From positions 20,026,001-20,090,000 of the forward strand of contig OX442314.1 of assembly GCA_949358305.1 (NCBI GenBank): a stretch of DNA of 64,000 bases, given 5' to 3'. The translations under genes were made by a program, and so were the position numbers. Source of the DNA: Strigamia acuminata. Its lineage: Eukaryota. Shown here one piece after another: positions 1 to 15,800 of the stretch. The first letter of the stretch is position 1. The number at the start of each line of letters is the position of its first letter. The notes beneath the pieces were generated by a model. The model had not been told where the DNA came from. It searched no databases and saw nothing but the letters and a program-made list of their open reading frames with translations.

Positions 1-3000
1 CGGCGCCTTAATGAATCCCTGTAATTAAACGGGGCGGTACGGTATTCAAACAAAGATACAGATTGTGGAAATTAAACAATAAGGTCTTTATATCTACATT
101 GTTTGTGTAGTTTAAATGCATTATTGAATAATATCCTAGCAATATCGATTAATATCACCTCATTTTCCATGTTTACACATGTACTCGCTTAAAAGTGAAA
201 ATGCGAATATTACTTTTGTGGAAAACTGCATGCGTTTACAAAGACTCAGTTTTCTAATTAAATGTGACGTCATATGACGTATTAAACTCTGTTAAACTTG
301 CGCATTAATCATCCACAATGCACTGCGCAGAAACAACATGTCACAGCATGTCAGCTTTTCTAGATACAAGTAAGTAATGAGTGGATGTTTACATTGCAAA
401 TGGCAATGCTCAAAACACCAAAAATCTATCTCAAACAAGTGGATTTTAGTTTTCCAGATATGTTTGACTTTTCTGGAAATCTGATTTGTTTACATGATCA
501 GTTTGCCAGAGAAGTAAATTTAACATTTTCACTTATCTGGATAAGTGAGTACATGTAAACATGGTAATTGTTATAATATCAAATAACGAATCCTTCTACT
601 TTGCACTTGTACTATTCCTTAAAATTATTCAGCCTGAAATAAACTCTTAGTTGCTTCATCTTCACAAGTCTCTCAAAAAATGGATACTAAGGGAAAAATT
701 AAGAAGGAACTGATTGACTTGTTGATTGTTGAAAATTTGGCAAAAATTTCAAACCCACCACCACCCACAACATTCTGATAATGTTTGGCCAACTTGACCA
801 AACAACTAGTTGCTGCCCAGCTGAACAGTTCAAATCCTATTCAAATCCATTCCATGATGGATACAGCAAAAGCAATTCAAAGAGATTGGCAAAGAGACTG
901 GCAAACTGGACGCCACCTCTCACAATGTGGAATGCTGCAACTCAAATTAGAGGTCAGGCACAAAACATGTGGAAAAACAATTGCAACATGGAACCTATGG
1001 AAAAATGAAATTTGCGACCGTTTTAATTTTAAACATCGAATGCAACTGCAATACTTTTTCATTTCTCAAGCTGCACGCCGGCATTCACCGTCCACAACAA
1101 TTACATCGCACATTTATGACAAAAATGCAATGATAGAAAAGGCGCCGTACAAACTCTCGACCGATGAGCGCATTTCTCTCATTCTTGCAGTCATTATATC
1201 AGATGTTTGGGCAAACCCTCTCACTGCTCACTCCTATTTGTCAATCAGTGAGTTGACAGATAAGGCACAAACTTTAGACTATGGTCAAAAGCTAAGCACT
1301 ACAGATGGAAAAGATGCACATACCGGTGTGAGAATGAATATGACAACCTTGTTATATGGCTGTCCAAACTATACTGAGAAGGTGCCGTCCATCATGAAGG
1401 ATGTCGCATTTACCGCAGCGTTCAATAATTTCTGGCCGGCAAAAACCATAATCTCAACTTCATCCACGGCAACAATCCTCTCACAGAAAAAGACATCCCT
1501 TTCAATGGTTCTCCTGTATGGCATCGTTGCCAACAGATGCGCCAATTCGGCTGCACTATCTGGTAATGTGGAAAACGCTAGTCTACGCCGCTTACTCATT
1601 CCGGGCTCTAGACCACGGTAAGTGACGGTTGCATCAACTTCTTCTGCCAGAGCAACATCAACGATATTCTTTAGCCCTCCGTTTGACTGCAACAGCCACC
1701 CGATTCTCGTTGTTGATCCTTTTGGTACAGTAATCCATCAATCAAAAATAGTCTGGAACCCTTACGGAATCCCTCAACTTGTATCGTTGATTGAATGATC
1801 GAATGAATACACTTTCGTCCTTACCGTAGTACCTCACATAAATACGGATGACTAAGATAAGTTGGAAAGTACCAATTTGAGGATGCTCTACAACTTTGTA
1901 ATTGGAAATTTTGCTATAACCTGATTGGTTTAGAAGCTAGCAAGTAAATGACCTTGAAAATGGCCTTCAAGGTCAAATTTGAAGCCATCATTGGATTTGT
2001 TATGTTCAATTGTTATGGTTAAGAATGTATAATCACTAGTTGCTAAGTTTTACATTGCATTGTTACAGTTAAGTTACCATGACAACTCTGTGTTTGCTTC
2101 GCGCACTTGTTCTGTATCTGTTAACGAGTAAAGTCGTGTTTTTGTTTCCTGTTCAAAACTACTCTTTTTCATTTCGTGGAATGCTCCAGCATAACAGATT
2201 GGTTATGGGGCCAGGGCGTTAAACTGCGCGGGCGTGTTCTACGGGTACCGGAGAGGAAGCTGAACGTTTCGACTACACGACGAGACGATACGAACGTCTG
2301 ACGGACGTTTCGAACGAGCGGAATCGAACGTGTGGCAAGACGGGCCTAAAAACGAGCGAGGACGCGAACAAGACGAAATCGGGAACTGTGAGTTGTTTTT
2401 CGACTGAATATTAGTTTCATGAGCCCGAAAATAAGGGACGAAAGGCATTAGTTTTTGTTTTCAACGTGTGTGCGAAACGATTTGGAATCCAACGACGCCA
2501 TTTTCGAACTGCACGTGCAAACGAGGAAAAACGACGCCATCTTAAAACAAGACGAACATTTGTGCAATTGTTATAAAAGTGTATTGTTGGAGCTACGCAA
2601 CGAAGCCTTGTTGTAGTTTTAAGATACAATTAAGTTTGCCAATTGTCTAGAAAGTCAATTGTTTGTGCTGTTAGCTTTTGAGAGTTTTTCAAAACGAGAT
2701 GACAGATACGACGTCATCATCAGGCATTACGTCCTACGGGATTGAAAAAATGGACGGATCTAACTATCTGTCATGGGCATTCAGTGTGAAATTGTTGCTT
2801 ACTGAGAAGAAACTTTGGGCTGTAGTTGATGGGACTGAAAAAGAAGCTGACGCGACGAAATTGGCAGAACTGACCAATAAAGCTTTTTCAATAATCGGTT
2901 TGACTATCAAAACACAACAGCAGTCTCATATACGGGGGTTGAAAAGTCCAAAAGAAGCTTGGGATCGACTGAAAGAAGTCTACGAACCGACGAACTCGTT

Positions 3001-6000
3001 ACGCATCGTCCAACTCCGCCGAGAACTTTATTCAACAATGAAGCAGACCGGTGAAAATATGGACAAGTATCTCATGAGAGTGTCCGAATGCTCCGAGAGA
3101 TTAACGAATGCGGGCCAAACGGTCGGGGACACAGATTTGGCTTGGGCCATGTTATGTGGTTTGACCAAAGAATACGAAGGACTGATTACGTCAGTACACA
3201 CAATTGCAAAAGCGGATTTCACGTCGAACAAAATAAAAGACATGATATTGGCGGAGTCTTCAAGAAGAGAGACTTCAGACAATATCAAACGGGATTCGGC
3301 AGTGTTAATAGCGAACAAGGTTCCACTGCAACGTGATCTTAAAAAGATCAAATGTTACAATTGTAACAAATTCGGTCACTATGCGAGAGACTGTCATAAG
3401 CCCAGAAAAGAAAGAAGCAACGCATCAAAGGATTCCGGCGATCAAAAGAAGGTCAACGTCATGTCAGCGTTAGCGGCACAAGCGGACTCCAATGATGTTT
3501 GGGTGATCGATTCGGGAGCGAGTCATCACATGACAGCGCAGAAAAGCAAATTCGTGACGACCGAAGATCCCAAGGTGGCGGAAATTAACATCGCCAATGG
3601 GAAAAAGGTCAAGGTGGAAGCCCAAGGGGATGTCAACGTGAATTTTGTCTACCAGGGGCAAGCAGTACCAACGCTCCTGAAAGGGGTACTGCTTGTACCC
3701 GAAGTAACGATGAACTTGTTGTCCGTCGCGCAACTTGAAGCAAAAGGCTACTGGTTGACGTTTAAAGACGGTTTTTGTCACGTTATGAATTCGAGAGACA
3801 TTGAAGTTCTTCGTGCGAAGAAAGAAAACGGGATGTATTTAGTCAGCGAGTCCACTCAACATGTTTTGGCAGCAACGACGGAAGCGACTAAAAACGAGAT
3901 TTGGCATCAACGTTTTATGCACGTTGCACTGGACAGTCTGCATAAGATGTCTAAAAAGGACAAAGTCAGGGGTTTGGAGATCAATAAAAACGCTATCACC
4001 AAATGTGACAGTTGTCTCCAAGGCAAATCCAAGAGGCAGCCATTCAATAAAGAAGAACGGAAATTGGCACCCGGAATTTTGGATTTGGTCCACTCAGATA
4101 TTGCTGGTCCGTTCCAGACAAGAAGCAAGAGCGGTCATCGTTATTACATTACTTTTGTTGACGATAAATCAAGAAAAATTGACGTTTATTTTCTAACACA
4201 TAAATCCCAAGCGCTTGAAAAATTTCAAGATTATCTGACCAGAGTGGAAAGAAAGACGGGGAAGAAAATAAAAGCGTTACGAACGGACAATGGGCTTGAG
4301 TACTGTAATGAAGAATTTGACAAGTTTTTAACGGAAAGAGGAATCACACACCAACGAACAGCGGTGTACACACCAGAGCAGAACGGAATTTCCGAAAGAC
4401 TGAACAGAACTTTGTTAGATTTAGTGCGGTCAAGTTTGATCCAGTCGCGTTTGAGCGCAGATTTTTGGGCTGAAGCGGTCAATACCGCGGTGTACGTGAG
4501 AAACCGAACTGTAACTCACATTACTGGCAAGACACCATATGAGGCGTGGTATCAAAGGACGCCGTCTGTAAAACACCTAAGAGTGTTTGGCTGCAATGCG
4601 GTGATGCACGTTCCGGCGCCCAAAAGAAGAAAACTGGACGAACGCGGAGAAAAATGCATATTTCTTGGGTATTCAGCCGGGGAAAAGACATATAGACTCT
4701 GGAATACCAAGAAAAGAAAGGTGATGACTTCACGCGACGTCGTATTTAAAGAAAGCGATTTTGGTTTCAACGAAACCAACAAACAAGATGCGAAAGAAGT
4801 CATGACTCTCGTTTTTGGTGGTGATGAGGACGAACCAAAACAAGTTCCGCCAGTGCCCAAACCGAAACGTGGGCGACCGACAAAAGCCGATGCTGTTCCG
4901 AAACAATATGAGCCAACGCAAATGAAACTCCGAAGTCAGGTGCAACAGCAAGCGGAACCGGAAGTTGCAGAAACGGGAGAAGAAGAGGAAGAAGGTGAAG
5001 ATGGAGAGAATCTCGAAGGGACAGCGATGTTTTGTCAATTTGGAGAACCGTCCACATACCAAGAGGCTTTGAACTCCACGGACGCAACAGAATGGAAAAC
5101 CGCGATTGACGACGAGTTGAACAGTTTACACAAGAACAAAACTTGGGAGATTACGGATTTGCCGAAGGACAGTAAAGCTATTGGCTGCAAGTGGGTGTTT
5201 AGAATCAAACAAAACCCAGATGGTTCGGTGGAGCGGTACAAAGCGCGTCTGGTGGCGAAAGGATTTACGCAGCGTTACGGACACGATTATACAGAAACAT
5301 ATTCACCAGTGGCAGGAATTGCGACGATGCGACTCATAATTGCAATAGCGGTAGTTTTGGGTTGGGTGATGGAACAAATCGATGTGACGACTGCTTATCT
5401 CAACGGAGTCCTCGAAGAAGAGGTCTACATGGAAATTCCAGAGGGATTAGTGATGAAAAACTTGAAAAACCTGAAAAACAAAGTTTGTCGACTAATTAAG
5501 TCGTTATACGGATTAAAGCAATCAGGTCGCGCATGGAACGACAAATTGGACGAGGAACTGGAGAAACAGAGTTTCAAACGTTGTCTATCGGATGCATGTG
5601 TCTATTGGATTCAAATAGGAAATGAACGTGGGATCATCGGGGTTTACGTCGATGACATGATCATAGCCGGACAATCGGAAAACATGTGCCGAGAGATTAA
5701 AAAGAAACTTCGCAAATGTTTTGACATCAAAGAACTTGGACGTTTGAAGTATATGTTGGGAATCGAATTCGGACAAGACAAAAGTGGAAATATGTTTTTA
5801 ACGCAAGAAAAATATACTGAAAAGGTCTTGAAAAGATTCAACATGGCAGACTCCAAACCGATGGCAACACCGATGGTGACCTGTTCCGACAACGAGAAGA
5901 CGGAACCAAAAGAATTTGAAGATTTAACGATCGAGCCTTACAGAGAAGTGATCGGTTGTTTGTCTTATCTGGCCAACAGTACGAGACCAGATATCTCACA

Positions 6001-9000
6001 TGCCGTGAACGTGTTGGCTCAATTCAACAGCAAGCCAAAGGCAAACCATTGGCAAATGGCCAAACGAATTTTGAGATATCTGGCAGGCACCAAAACTCTT
6101 GGACTGGTGTTCAGCAACAAGAAAGGATTGTTGACAGCATTCGCAGACGCGGACTGGGCGAACTGCAAAATGGATCGAAGATCTTACAGTGGAAATTCAT
6201 TGAAACTGGCCGATAATTTAGTAATATGGCAAAGTCGAAAACAAAAAGTTGTGGCCACGAGCAGCATGGAGTCCGAGTATATCTCGATGTGTGATTGCTC
6301 CAAAGACATTATCTGGATGCGGCGCTTGATCGAAGAATTGGGTTTGCCAGCACTGATTGGAGGGCCAACAGTGTTGAAATGCGATAATCAGCCCGCGAAG
6401 GCATTCGCACAGAGCAATGTAGAGAACCGGCGATCAAAGCATATTGACGTCAGGTATCACTACATCAGAGAGCAAATTAAATCCAAACGAATTAAATTGG
6501 AATTTGTTCCAACTGAAAACAACGAGGCCGATGTGTTCACGAAACCTTTGGCTAAAGTGAAATTTGAAATGTTTAGAAACTCATTAGGAGTGAAACCAAT
6601 TATACGATAAACAATAGGTTTCAGGGGAAGCATTGTTATGTTCAATTGTTATGGTTAAGAATGTATAATCACTAGTTGCTAAGTTTTACATTGCATTGTT
6701 ACAGTTAAGTTACCATGACAACTCTGTATTTGCTTCGCGCACTTGTTCTGTATCTGTTAACGAGTAAAGTCGTGTTTTTGTTTCCTGTTCAAAACTACTC
6801 TTTTTCATTTCGTGGAATGCTCCAGCATAACAGGATTGCTCTCACCCAACTTCCTATACGATCGCTTCATCAAAGTTGGCCTAGATGCAATTGCTCAGGA
6901 AATATTTGAGGGGAACAGACTTTTCTTCCACCCTGTATACGACGTGTAGCGTCACGTTATTCGGACGTGTCGCGCTACATTAGCCCGTGTCGCGTCACGT
7001 TATTCAAACGTGTCGCGCCACGCTATTCCACCGTGTCGCGCCACGCTATTCCACCGTGTCGCGCCACGCTATTCCACCGTGTCGCGCCACGCTATTCTGG
7101 ACCACTGTAAACACAGCATGTCGCGTTTAGCAATTACAAAGAATGTAACACCGATTGCTTCGTGCGAAAGCGAATGTTGCTCCTAGATATGTCGCGCCCT
7201 GTACGCATCATCTTAATATCACCCCATTGTTATAATATCGAATCACGAATTCTTGTACTTTGCAGTTGTACTTTGCCCAACCATTCCTTAAAATTATTCA
7301 GCCTCTGATTAGTTGCTTCCTCGGTTCTCAAACAGATACACCACCTGCACAACAAATACGTGCCTTAACATAGTAAATATTTCCTTTCCAATTAGCTGTA
7401 TGTTTTATAATTGTTTGCGACATGCCGGTGAGATTTGACGACTCAGGAACAGATTCTTTTCCTATTGATAGAGATTTTGCAGCATCGGATGTGTGCGACA
7501 CAATCATTCTTGGCACACCAAGAAGTGTAGATGTAGGAGTAGTTACAGTACTCAGACCGATATTGGTCGCTTCAACATCTTCCCAATTGACAAGCCAATC
7601 CAAATTCTTAATTGCTTCCCGTCGTTCCACACTAGATAAAAATAAACGAATTAACATTCCTAATCGCAAAACTTGTCTAAATCTATAACTGGATTACCGC
7701 TTTTTTAGCCAAACGAAAACAAATATCAGCACTGCTAGGACAACGGCACATGCAAGCAGTATCGATACAATAAACACGCCGATTAAAGTACTGCATTCCC
7801 TACCGAAATACCCAACGTTACACTCGCAGTAATTTGGGGCAATGCATTTACCATGCAGACACTCAAACCTAAAAATAATAAAAAGTTAATTTAGAATACC
7901 GTATGTTCGAATATTTTAGATAATACAGCATACTCGCATATCGGTACGTCGCACGCTTTTCCAGACCAAAGAGGATCGCAGGAACACTTGAAGGGACCCA
8001 CACAAGTACCTTGAAAACACTTGTCACATACCACGTTTTTGCAATTTTTACCCGAATAACCAAATTTGTAATAATCATTTTTCGACACGTTTGGGTATAT
8101 TTCCCCTAAAAAACGACATCTAACAATAAATAAGCTTATGTAGTAACAAAAATTAGAAAATGTAATATAATTTCATCGTACGAGTACGTATCGTATTTTC
8201 TCTAATTATATTCGCTACTTCTTATAATTCTAATGTGTCAATTACTGTTATTTCTTCGGTCTTCTTGTACGGTATGGTATTGATGTATTTTTTTGACATT
8301 TCTGAAGCTTCTAAATTATTTCTTCTGAATTTTAATTAAGCAACATCAAATTTATAAACAATAAATAATTGTCAGACAACCTTTCGTAATGTATTTCTCC
8401 AGCTGAACACACATTACAATAATTGCAGAATTGTGGAATTAGAAAAAATACGATACAACTAAATAATAAAAACAAAGAACCTGCATTCATTAGGTAAAAC
8501 ACAAACGCCATTTTTGTATTCAATTTGAGTATGTGAATTTAATCTTCCTCCACCACAAGCACCATCGCATGTATATGGAACCACTGCCAACTCTGTTCTT
8601 AAGCAAATTGCATCCACACTTTTAAACTTTTTACTCGATATAAGCTTTCCTGTGTTTGAAACATACCCACATGTTGAGACATAGCTAGAAAATTAAATTA
8701 AACAAATGGCCAAATAAACAACTGTTATTTTTATATTGCAGAATCCGAATAATTCCAAGAACAAAACTCCTCTACAACAACAAATCTTTACAGAATCAAT
8801 AACTTTAACTTTAACTTTGATGTAAATATTGATCATCCAGTTATAATATTTAACGTACGAAAGTATAGGACTTACTACATTGCCGTCACTGCAGTTGTAT
8901 TAGGCCGTACAGGTACAATATATGGCGTTGAACAATCTATAAACTGCGTTGGCACACATTCGACGGGAATGTCAATTAAATGTTTGAAACTTTCTTGATT

Positions 9001-9814
9001 ATCAATCGTGAGTTCATGTTTTCCGCCCGAACTTCTTTTTTTACGATACCAAAACGTATCATAATACTCTAGATAAGTATCTGTCATTAGAGACCACCGC
9101 ACAACATTTCTCAGCTGACGAAAAAAATCACAATAAGTATAATTGACTCTGTTAGAACTGTTTGATTATTGAGTTACGTATAATCCATCAGCAACAGTGT
9201 TTGTTCGGCCAGAAACTACATTAGCAATCGCTATTGTTGGTTCTAGTCGAAATCCCCCAGTCGCTGAATATCTAATAACACCAGTTAAGCCTTCAAATGC
9301 TAACTAATTATCAAAACACAAATAATTACAACGGTAAACAAACTACGGTTACAATCAGTCGATACTTACTTCAGCAAATCCTTGGACTACAGTGGGTTTA
9401 GAGAAAATTTCATTGTTGCTTAGCAATTTTTCAAACGAGTAAGCAAATGTTAGTACAGCATCGTAACCTAATGCAAATTTATCAGCAACCTGATCAGAAA
9501 TATATCATGTTTTCATTACGTAAATCAATAATTGCAATAATTCAATTATTTACATTTGAACTGTCAGTAGTTGGTATGCCATAAGAATCCACGTGATTGA
9601 TTCCAAAATATTTACGATTTACATGATACCACAGATCAGTGGAAAACCCAGATAAATTATAAGCTTTATAAACCATGTGCATTCCGTGAAAGGCTTCTAA
9701 GCATGTTGGTTTCTGTTTAACCGAAATAACATACTTCTCAAATTTACATTTCTGTAATCTACAGTCTACACTATGCTCGAAATAGAATATTCCATGAACT
9801 GGAACACCACTTCA

Positions 9815-9845
<31 letters not shown>

Positions 9846-12800
9846 GAAAACAATAATTCGTTCAATTACAAAATCCCGAGAAAAAAAATCAAAGGACCAC
9901 GTCACCAACAGTGCTGCAACCTACAACTTAGAACTACCGGTTATGTAAATTCTGTGGAAAAATAACTACAGTACGTCGAAAAATGATCACGAACTGAAAC
10001 AATATTTTCTATAATTCCACTCTCGTGCATTTTGAGCCTTAAATCTAACATGTACCATAGCACAAAGTGGATGCTGACTGTCCCAATCAAATTGCCTCGC
10101 TGCAACTTGCATTGTAATCCATTTATAGCCGTGCATTGGTGCAACCCCATATCTAAAACATAAGAAATGTATTCTAAATTTCAGTTTTAGTTTACATCGT
10201 AGTAAGTAATTTTTACTTTATAGCTTGTCTGTACACAAAATATTGTTTAGGAGCAAGTATAGAACAAAGAATAATTTTGGCTCCATATGTTTTTGCCTCT
10301 TCTATGTCTTCCAATAAATCTGTTTGATTTCCAACATATATCTACAAAGCAAGAATTTCAATACTTGAATAACAATACAGTCGAAACTCTTTATAACGAA
10401 TCGAAAGGAACAGGGAAAATTGATTCGTTATAACGAGTGTTTGTTAAAACGAATTATCTAATAAAAATTAAATTTTATCATAAATAATACGGAGTAATAT
10501 TTATTCATAAACATGCAAGTTTCATGTTGATTTTATCCAAATAGTTTAACATTGCTTAAAATTGCATAAGAATAAATTAAACTTATATGCTTCTTGCCAT
10601 TGTCAATGGCATTAATAATGTTCAACTGTCCTGAATCAAAATTGCCTTTTGTTTGGCAGCCATTTTAGAACAGTACATTTTTCATTTTCCTTTGGTTTCT
10701 AAATATGGGCATCGGATTTTGTGAGTCTCAATTTTTAAAATTCGTTATAACAAGTTGTACTTGTAGGTATTACAGTGTACATAAAAACTTGTTTGTTATT
10801 ATAACGAATAATTCGTTATATTGAAATTCGTTATATCGAAAATATTTAACATGGTGTTCTATGGCTGGCCAACCAAATCATTTTTAACAATTCGTCATAA
10901 AGAGTTTCGACTGTATTTGAAAATAACATTTTCCTAGGGTGGGACCAAATTTAAAAAAAGGCAATTGTGCGCGTCCTAAATGCGCGCCCACAAATAAAAT
11001 AAAATAAAATAAAATTGACGGCCGTCAAACCCTCCAAATTCGCTTTTTCGTGCTGCATCTCGAAGAAAACTTGACTGACCACGAACCGGTTTGGCTCAAG
11101 GCAATTGTCGCTCAAGACCACGCCGCCGTTGCAGCCGAACACCATGGAGCCTTTGTGGAAGTCTGGGTGGTCGTCCGGGAGCGCGGGGACCTCTAAGAGC
11201 ACTTGACATGAACGTTTGGTTGTGTGGAGGTTCAACGACCGGTCACGTGACCTGTAATGTAATTTTTCAAAACCGCAGCGCCACCTGGCGGAACCCGTGT
11301 CCTTTAATGGATGTCAAAATGTTCGCCCGATACGGATTTTGATGTTTTCAATACCAAAAAACGTTCTAAAAATTCTGAAACCAGGCTAAATCTGGTTAAA
11401 ATGAAAATTCCTATCTGCCCATATATTTTTTTTTTTAATATTGTCTAGAAAAAGTACTTTGTTGAAGGTTTTTTGAACACCAATATAAGCTAAAAGCCTT
11501 TTTCAAAAACTTGGTTTTTTATATTTACTTGTTTGTCACCTGTTTTGGGCTATTTCCCTTTGGAAAATAAGACTGGCCTGAAACATGTGACCTAATTTTC
11601 CAAAATCTTAAAATTAATTAGAATCACTTTCGCCGTCAACATAGAAACAGTTCTCATCTCAATTGAAGGTTTTGGAGCGCAACTTCATGGTGCGTCGCAA
11701 CGCACGAGGCACAAATACAGCCCGAATTCTCATGGTTTTCAATGCAACCAGCGCTATTTTTATAGCACTATATTTTGTGTTAGCCAAGCTGAAGAGAAAA
11801 GCCTGTTAGTGGCCTCAATTCACTGAATTTCCGACTTGAAGACGCGGTTTGCTGTCTGGCACCTGCAAGCGCGAGTACCCAACGTCTATGCAAGCGTGGG
11901 AGAAGAGAATTCTCTTCATTGCGAGTTTTGTGAGTGACGAAGTTATCCCCCAGCGAGACACGGTATTTTGATCTCAATTCGGATACTACAGTTCGCCATT
12001 TTGCAAGCACCCGGGCCGGGCTGATATCCTGCACCCAACAAAATATTTGATTTCACAAACAGACGCTGTCTTTACAAAGCTACCCCCACTGTGTGTGGCT
12101 GTGAGAGAGAACTTCGCAACGACGTGCCTTTCTTACAACATTACGTCGCAGCAACATGCTGTTGCTAATACGACACGTCGCTAAGACGTCCCCGCTAGAT
12201 GCGCAAATCATTTTTAGGTCGCTAAAAAGTACCATCTTAGCACAAAGTCGCTAAGATTGGCGACGCTAAAATCACCTAATCCGTCTTAGAATCCCCTTTC
12301 CCCCATTTTATTATTTAGTTGTAAGACCAAGTGCCATTAAATTCCTATATTCTCATGCGTGCAGGCCCACCTTTACCATTGGGCTAACTGGGCTGCAGCC
12401 CAGGGACGCCGGGCACAAGGGCTCGATAGGCACAGAAGGGCGCCGGGCACAGAGAAGTGCTCGGCAAGGGGCGCCTGAGTTTTATTAGCCCAGGGCGCTA
12501 AAAAGTGTAAAGACGGCCCTGCATGCGTGTCTTTATTGGGTATTTTACATACCATAAAAGAGATGATTATAAGTGTACGAATCCACCCACTCGATAATTT
12601 ATAGAACGAGGTGAGGGGCAACAACGTACTTACTCTGTAAACTACTGAATATTTAAATACACGAACTGTCCTCAAAAAGTCAGCTAAGAATGGCATTTCG
12701 ACATCTTCGAATGTAAACTGAAATCGCAATATGTACTCACATGTAATAAATTTAAGAACACCTTCACTCACTAGATAAGATCCTTGGTTCTGAAAAAATG

Positions 12801-15800
12801 TTCCCACTCGTGGTGAAACGTCAGCAATATTCCATTCAAGATTAAACGTACTGTCGTAAGTCTCCTAGAACATATTTTAGATCAGTTTATCGTGCAAAAA
12901 ATGCAATTTCAAACCTTTGATATAAACTGAAGCAAGTCTTCACGATAGGTCACAGTTGGCAATTGATAGCTCAAGAAAAGAATATTCATTTTAAGTGATA
13001 TATCATTATCTCCAAATCCTATAATTCCACTTATGAGTTCGTCTCTAGAATCCTATTTTGGTATAAGTGTATGCTTAGTTATATAACGAGTTAATATTTA
13101 TCGACTACCAGAAATTTGAACTATAGTTTATTGCCCTGTTCCAGTACTTTGCTGCATAGCCGTATTATTTACTCAGTACAATTGATTAACTTTTAAAATA
13201 GTTACTATAGTTAATCTCAATTTTTTGGTAATGATTAAATGCTTAAGACTGAATATGACCTGCAGTTCCTCGTCCAACATAGTCATAAACTGATCCAGGG
13301 CTTTAGTGGCATTTTGCTCGGTATCATACACTTTTAAATTAATTTTTAAATCTAATGAAAAACATGTGTATAACAAAAATGTGTGTCACCAATAAGAAAA
13401 ATGCTTTAAAACGTACTTGAGTCCTTCAGATGTTTAAGACTATCCTTAAATTGAGGAATATTATTGTTGATATCTTCAACTGCTAAGATCGCAAATGCGG
13501 CCGTCACTGGATCAGGATCAGTATCACCACCTGCTGTGTTAAATCTTCCAAATAAACCAATGTGGAGCAAATCTGTACCAACAAGCATCAGTTACTAATT
13601 GATTAAAACAGAAAAAGACTACAAAAAAAACTTTGCGGATTTTTTTTTCCGTGACCGATTACAAGACGACAGAAAGACATACTGTACATAATAGGTAGTG
13701 ATTGGTGCATAGCAATATCACACACAGGATGAAAACTAAACTTGCCTACTTGAGCTAAATATTGTGTGTGGATAAAAAAAAGTAAAATCTTGCAAGAGAA
13801 TGTAAATAATGGGACTACGGGAATTGGAAATTGGGGAATTATCAGTCAAAGTACAGAGTTCTCTGTACAGACCGGAGTACCGGACAGGTCAGTAAGAACA
13901 AGGACCCAAACCACACTGCAATGGGAAATTTGCTTCCCTGTCCGGACAGCTCACTCCTCGGGATACCGGACAGAGTGATGCGTCCCGTATACATATCGTA
14001 TAGAGAAGCATTTCTCACACTGTGAGGGCGCCCCACTGGTGGGTTGCGAAATGCAGACCGACTTTTCTAGGGGCGCAACACATGTCAGTTTTCAAATTAA
14101 TAAAAGGTAAAAGAAATCAAAAGGGAAAAAAATTAATCAAGCCAAATGAATTACATTTTTCATTGCATTAACTAAACACATGTAATCAATAATAATTGCA
14201 CGCTACAAACAGATACAGCTTACAAACTACCGGTAAATAAACAAAAAAAAAGCTATCACTGTAAAATTTCAAGGCACTTGGCATAAAGTGTGTCGTGGTG
14301 GATTGACTTCCTAAAAAGTTTGAAAAGGCCACAAATTATTTGACCCCCATTTTGACTAGATTTTACCCCCTAAAGGGGTTTCTTCCCCCCCATCCAAACT
14401 CCCCCAAGTAAACTAAAGGACCCCCCCCTAACTGTAACATCCCCTAATATTGTATTTCACCCCCAACCAATTGACCCCCATTTATTTCTGAAAGAACTCC
14501 CAACATTAATTCTTCCACCTCCACCCCCTACGTTTCGCAGGTGAAATGTTGGTCTTTGGAAAAGCACATGGAATCCGTAAATGTCAAGAAATTTGCTCTT
14601 ACTCCAACGGTTACCTTACAGCACTACACAGACGGTTACAACTGGAAACAAACGAAACCTAGCATGATTGTCCGTGTACAAGGGAATGTTAAGTCGTACT
14701 ATGTCACTCCTGGTGCACAACCAAACTTAACCGACACCAGTGTTAACACATACCTGCGGCAAGAGGAGCGGAAAAGTTGGCACTGATTCGAAACATACCT
14801 GCACTGGAGAAGTAGTGTGTGGCAGGTTAATATTACGAATGATGCATGGAGTACGGGGACGTGCACATGCCCGTGTTTGCAAAAATTTACATTTGTAAAC
14901 ACATTGTTGGCATAGCTGTTATCGGGAACTTGCTTGTTGTGCCACCGGAGGCCAAAACCATTCCCATTGGCCAAAAACGGAAGCCCGGGCGGCCAGCTAA
15001 AGCGAAGAGGGCCTTGTGTACACAGTGAGAAGACAATGTTATACCATTGAGATTACGTGGGGGTACCTTAGAAAATATTGGGGGGAAAATTGGTTGGGGG
15101 CAAAATACATTACTAGAGGGAAGTAAAGTTTGGGGTGGTTATTTAGTTTACAGGGGGGGTTTTGGTTGGGGGAAAATTATATTCCACTTAGGGGGCAAAA
15201 TTTAGTCAAAATGGGGGGGGGGGGGTTTAAATCACTGCTTCATTTCTTCGCAAAATATAAAATTTTCTTTAAAGGTAAAGTGCACTGAGTGGGATTTTTA
15301 CATTTTCTGAAAGCCCGTAATAAAAAACCAATAAAAGTCGAGAAAAAAATGTAGTTAACAAAAAGCAGTGCATGATGGTCGTTGGTCCCTGCGTCATGAG
15401 TTTGCATAAGACAGTCAACTGACTGCCAATTGAAAATTTTATTCGCATTTTTTAAAATGATTTATGATGGTCCAAAAATGATTTTTTTATGCGACATTGC
15501 CACCAACTAACAAGGGGAGAGCACCAATAAGCTATCACAGATTGTTGTAATATTAAACAAGAAGGATTGTTATATCATGCTGAATGAGACCCTAAAATAA
15601 TTTCATTCCATGAACAGCCAACAATGCAAACAATGAGCTGAAAGTTGGCACTATTTTGTCTGTGTATACATCAAATCTGAGCAATCAGGCCTAGTGTATG
15701 AATACTGTAAACAACAGTTGCTAGGTAAAAAATAGTTCCAAGATCCAAGTTCAATTTTATCATTTGAGATTCAATGATGTCATTTCCTCTTTTGATATCA

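Larger units (their letters stand above)
1865..6935. mobile_element. Arm of a TA-target MITE (related to 62666-63430), interrupted by copia-1
   Basis: gatgctctacaactttgtaatt, tgaccttgaaaatggccttcaaggtcaaatt and the terminal cagacttttcttccaccctg|ta align with the right arm of the MITE at 63200-63430. The left boundary is approximate. Confidence 0.6.

Noticed and set aside
785..1621. 278-aa plus-strand ORF
   Set aside because: No recognisable motifs and a non-ATG start; the opposite strand carries a MULE transposase motif, so it is probably a shadow ORF.
7000..7100. CRISPR-like regular repeats (also 33090-33160 and 58138-58409)
   Set aside because: Head-to-tail repeats without unique spacers, no cas genes, eukaryotic context.
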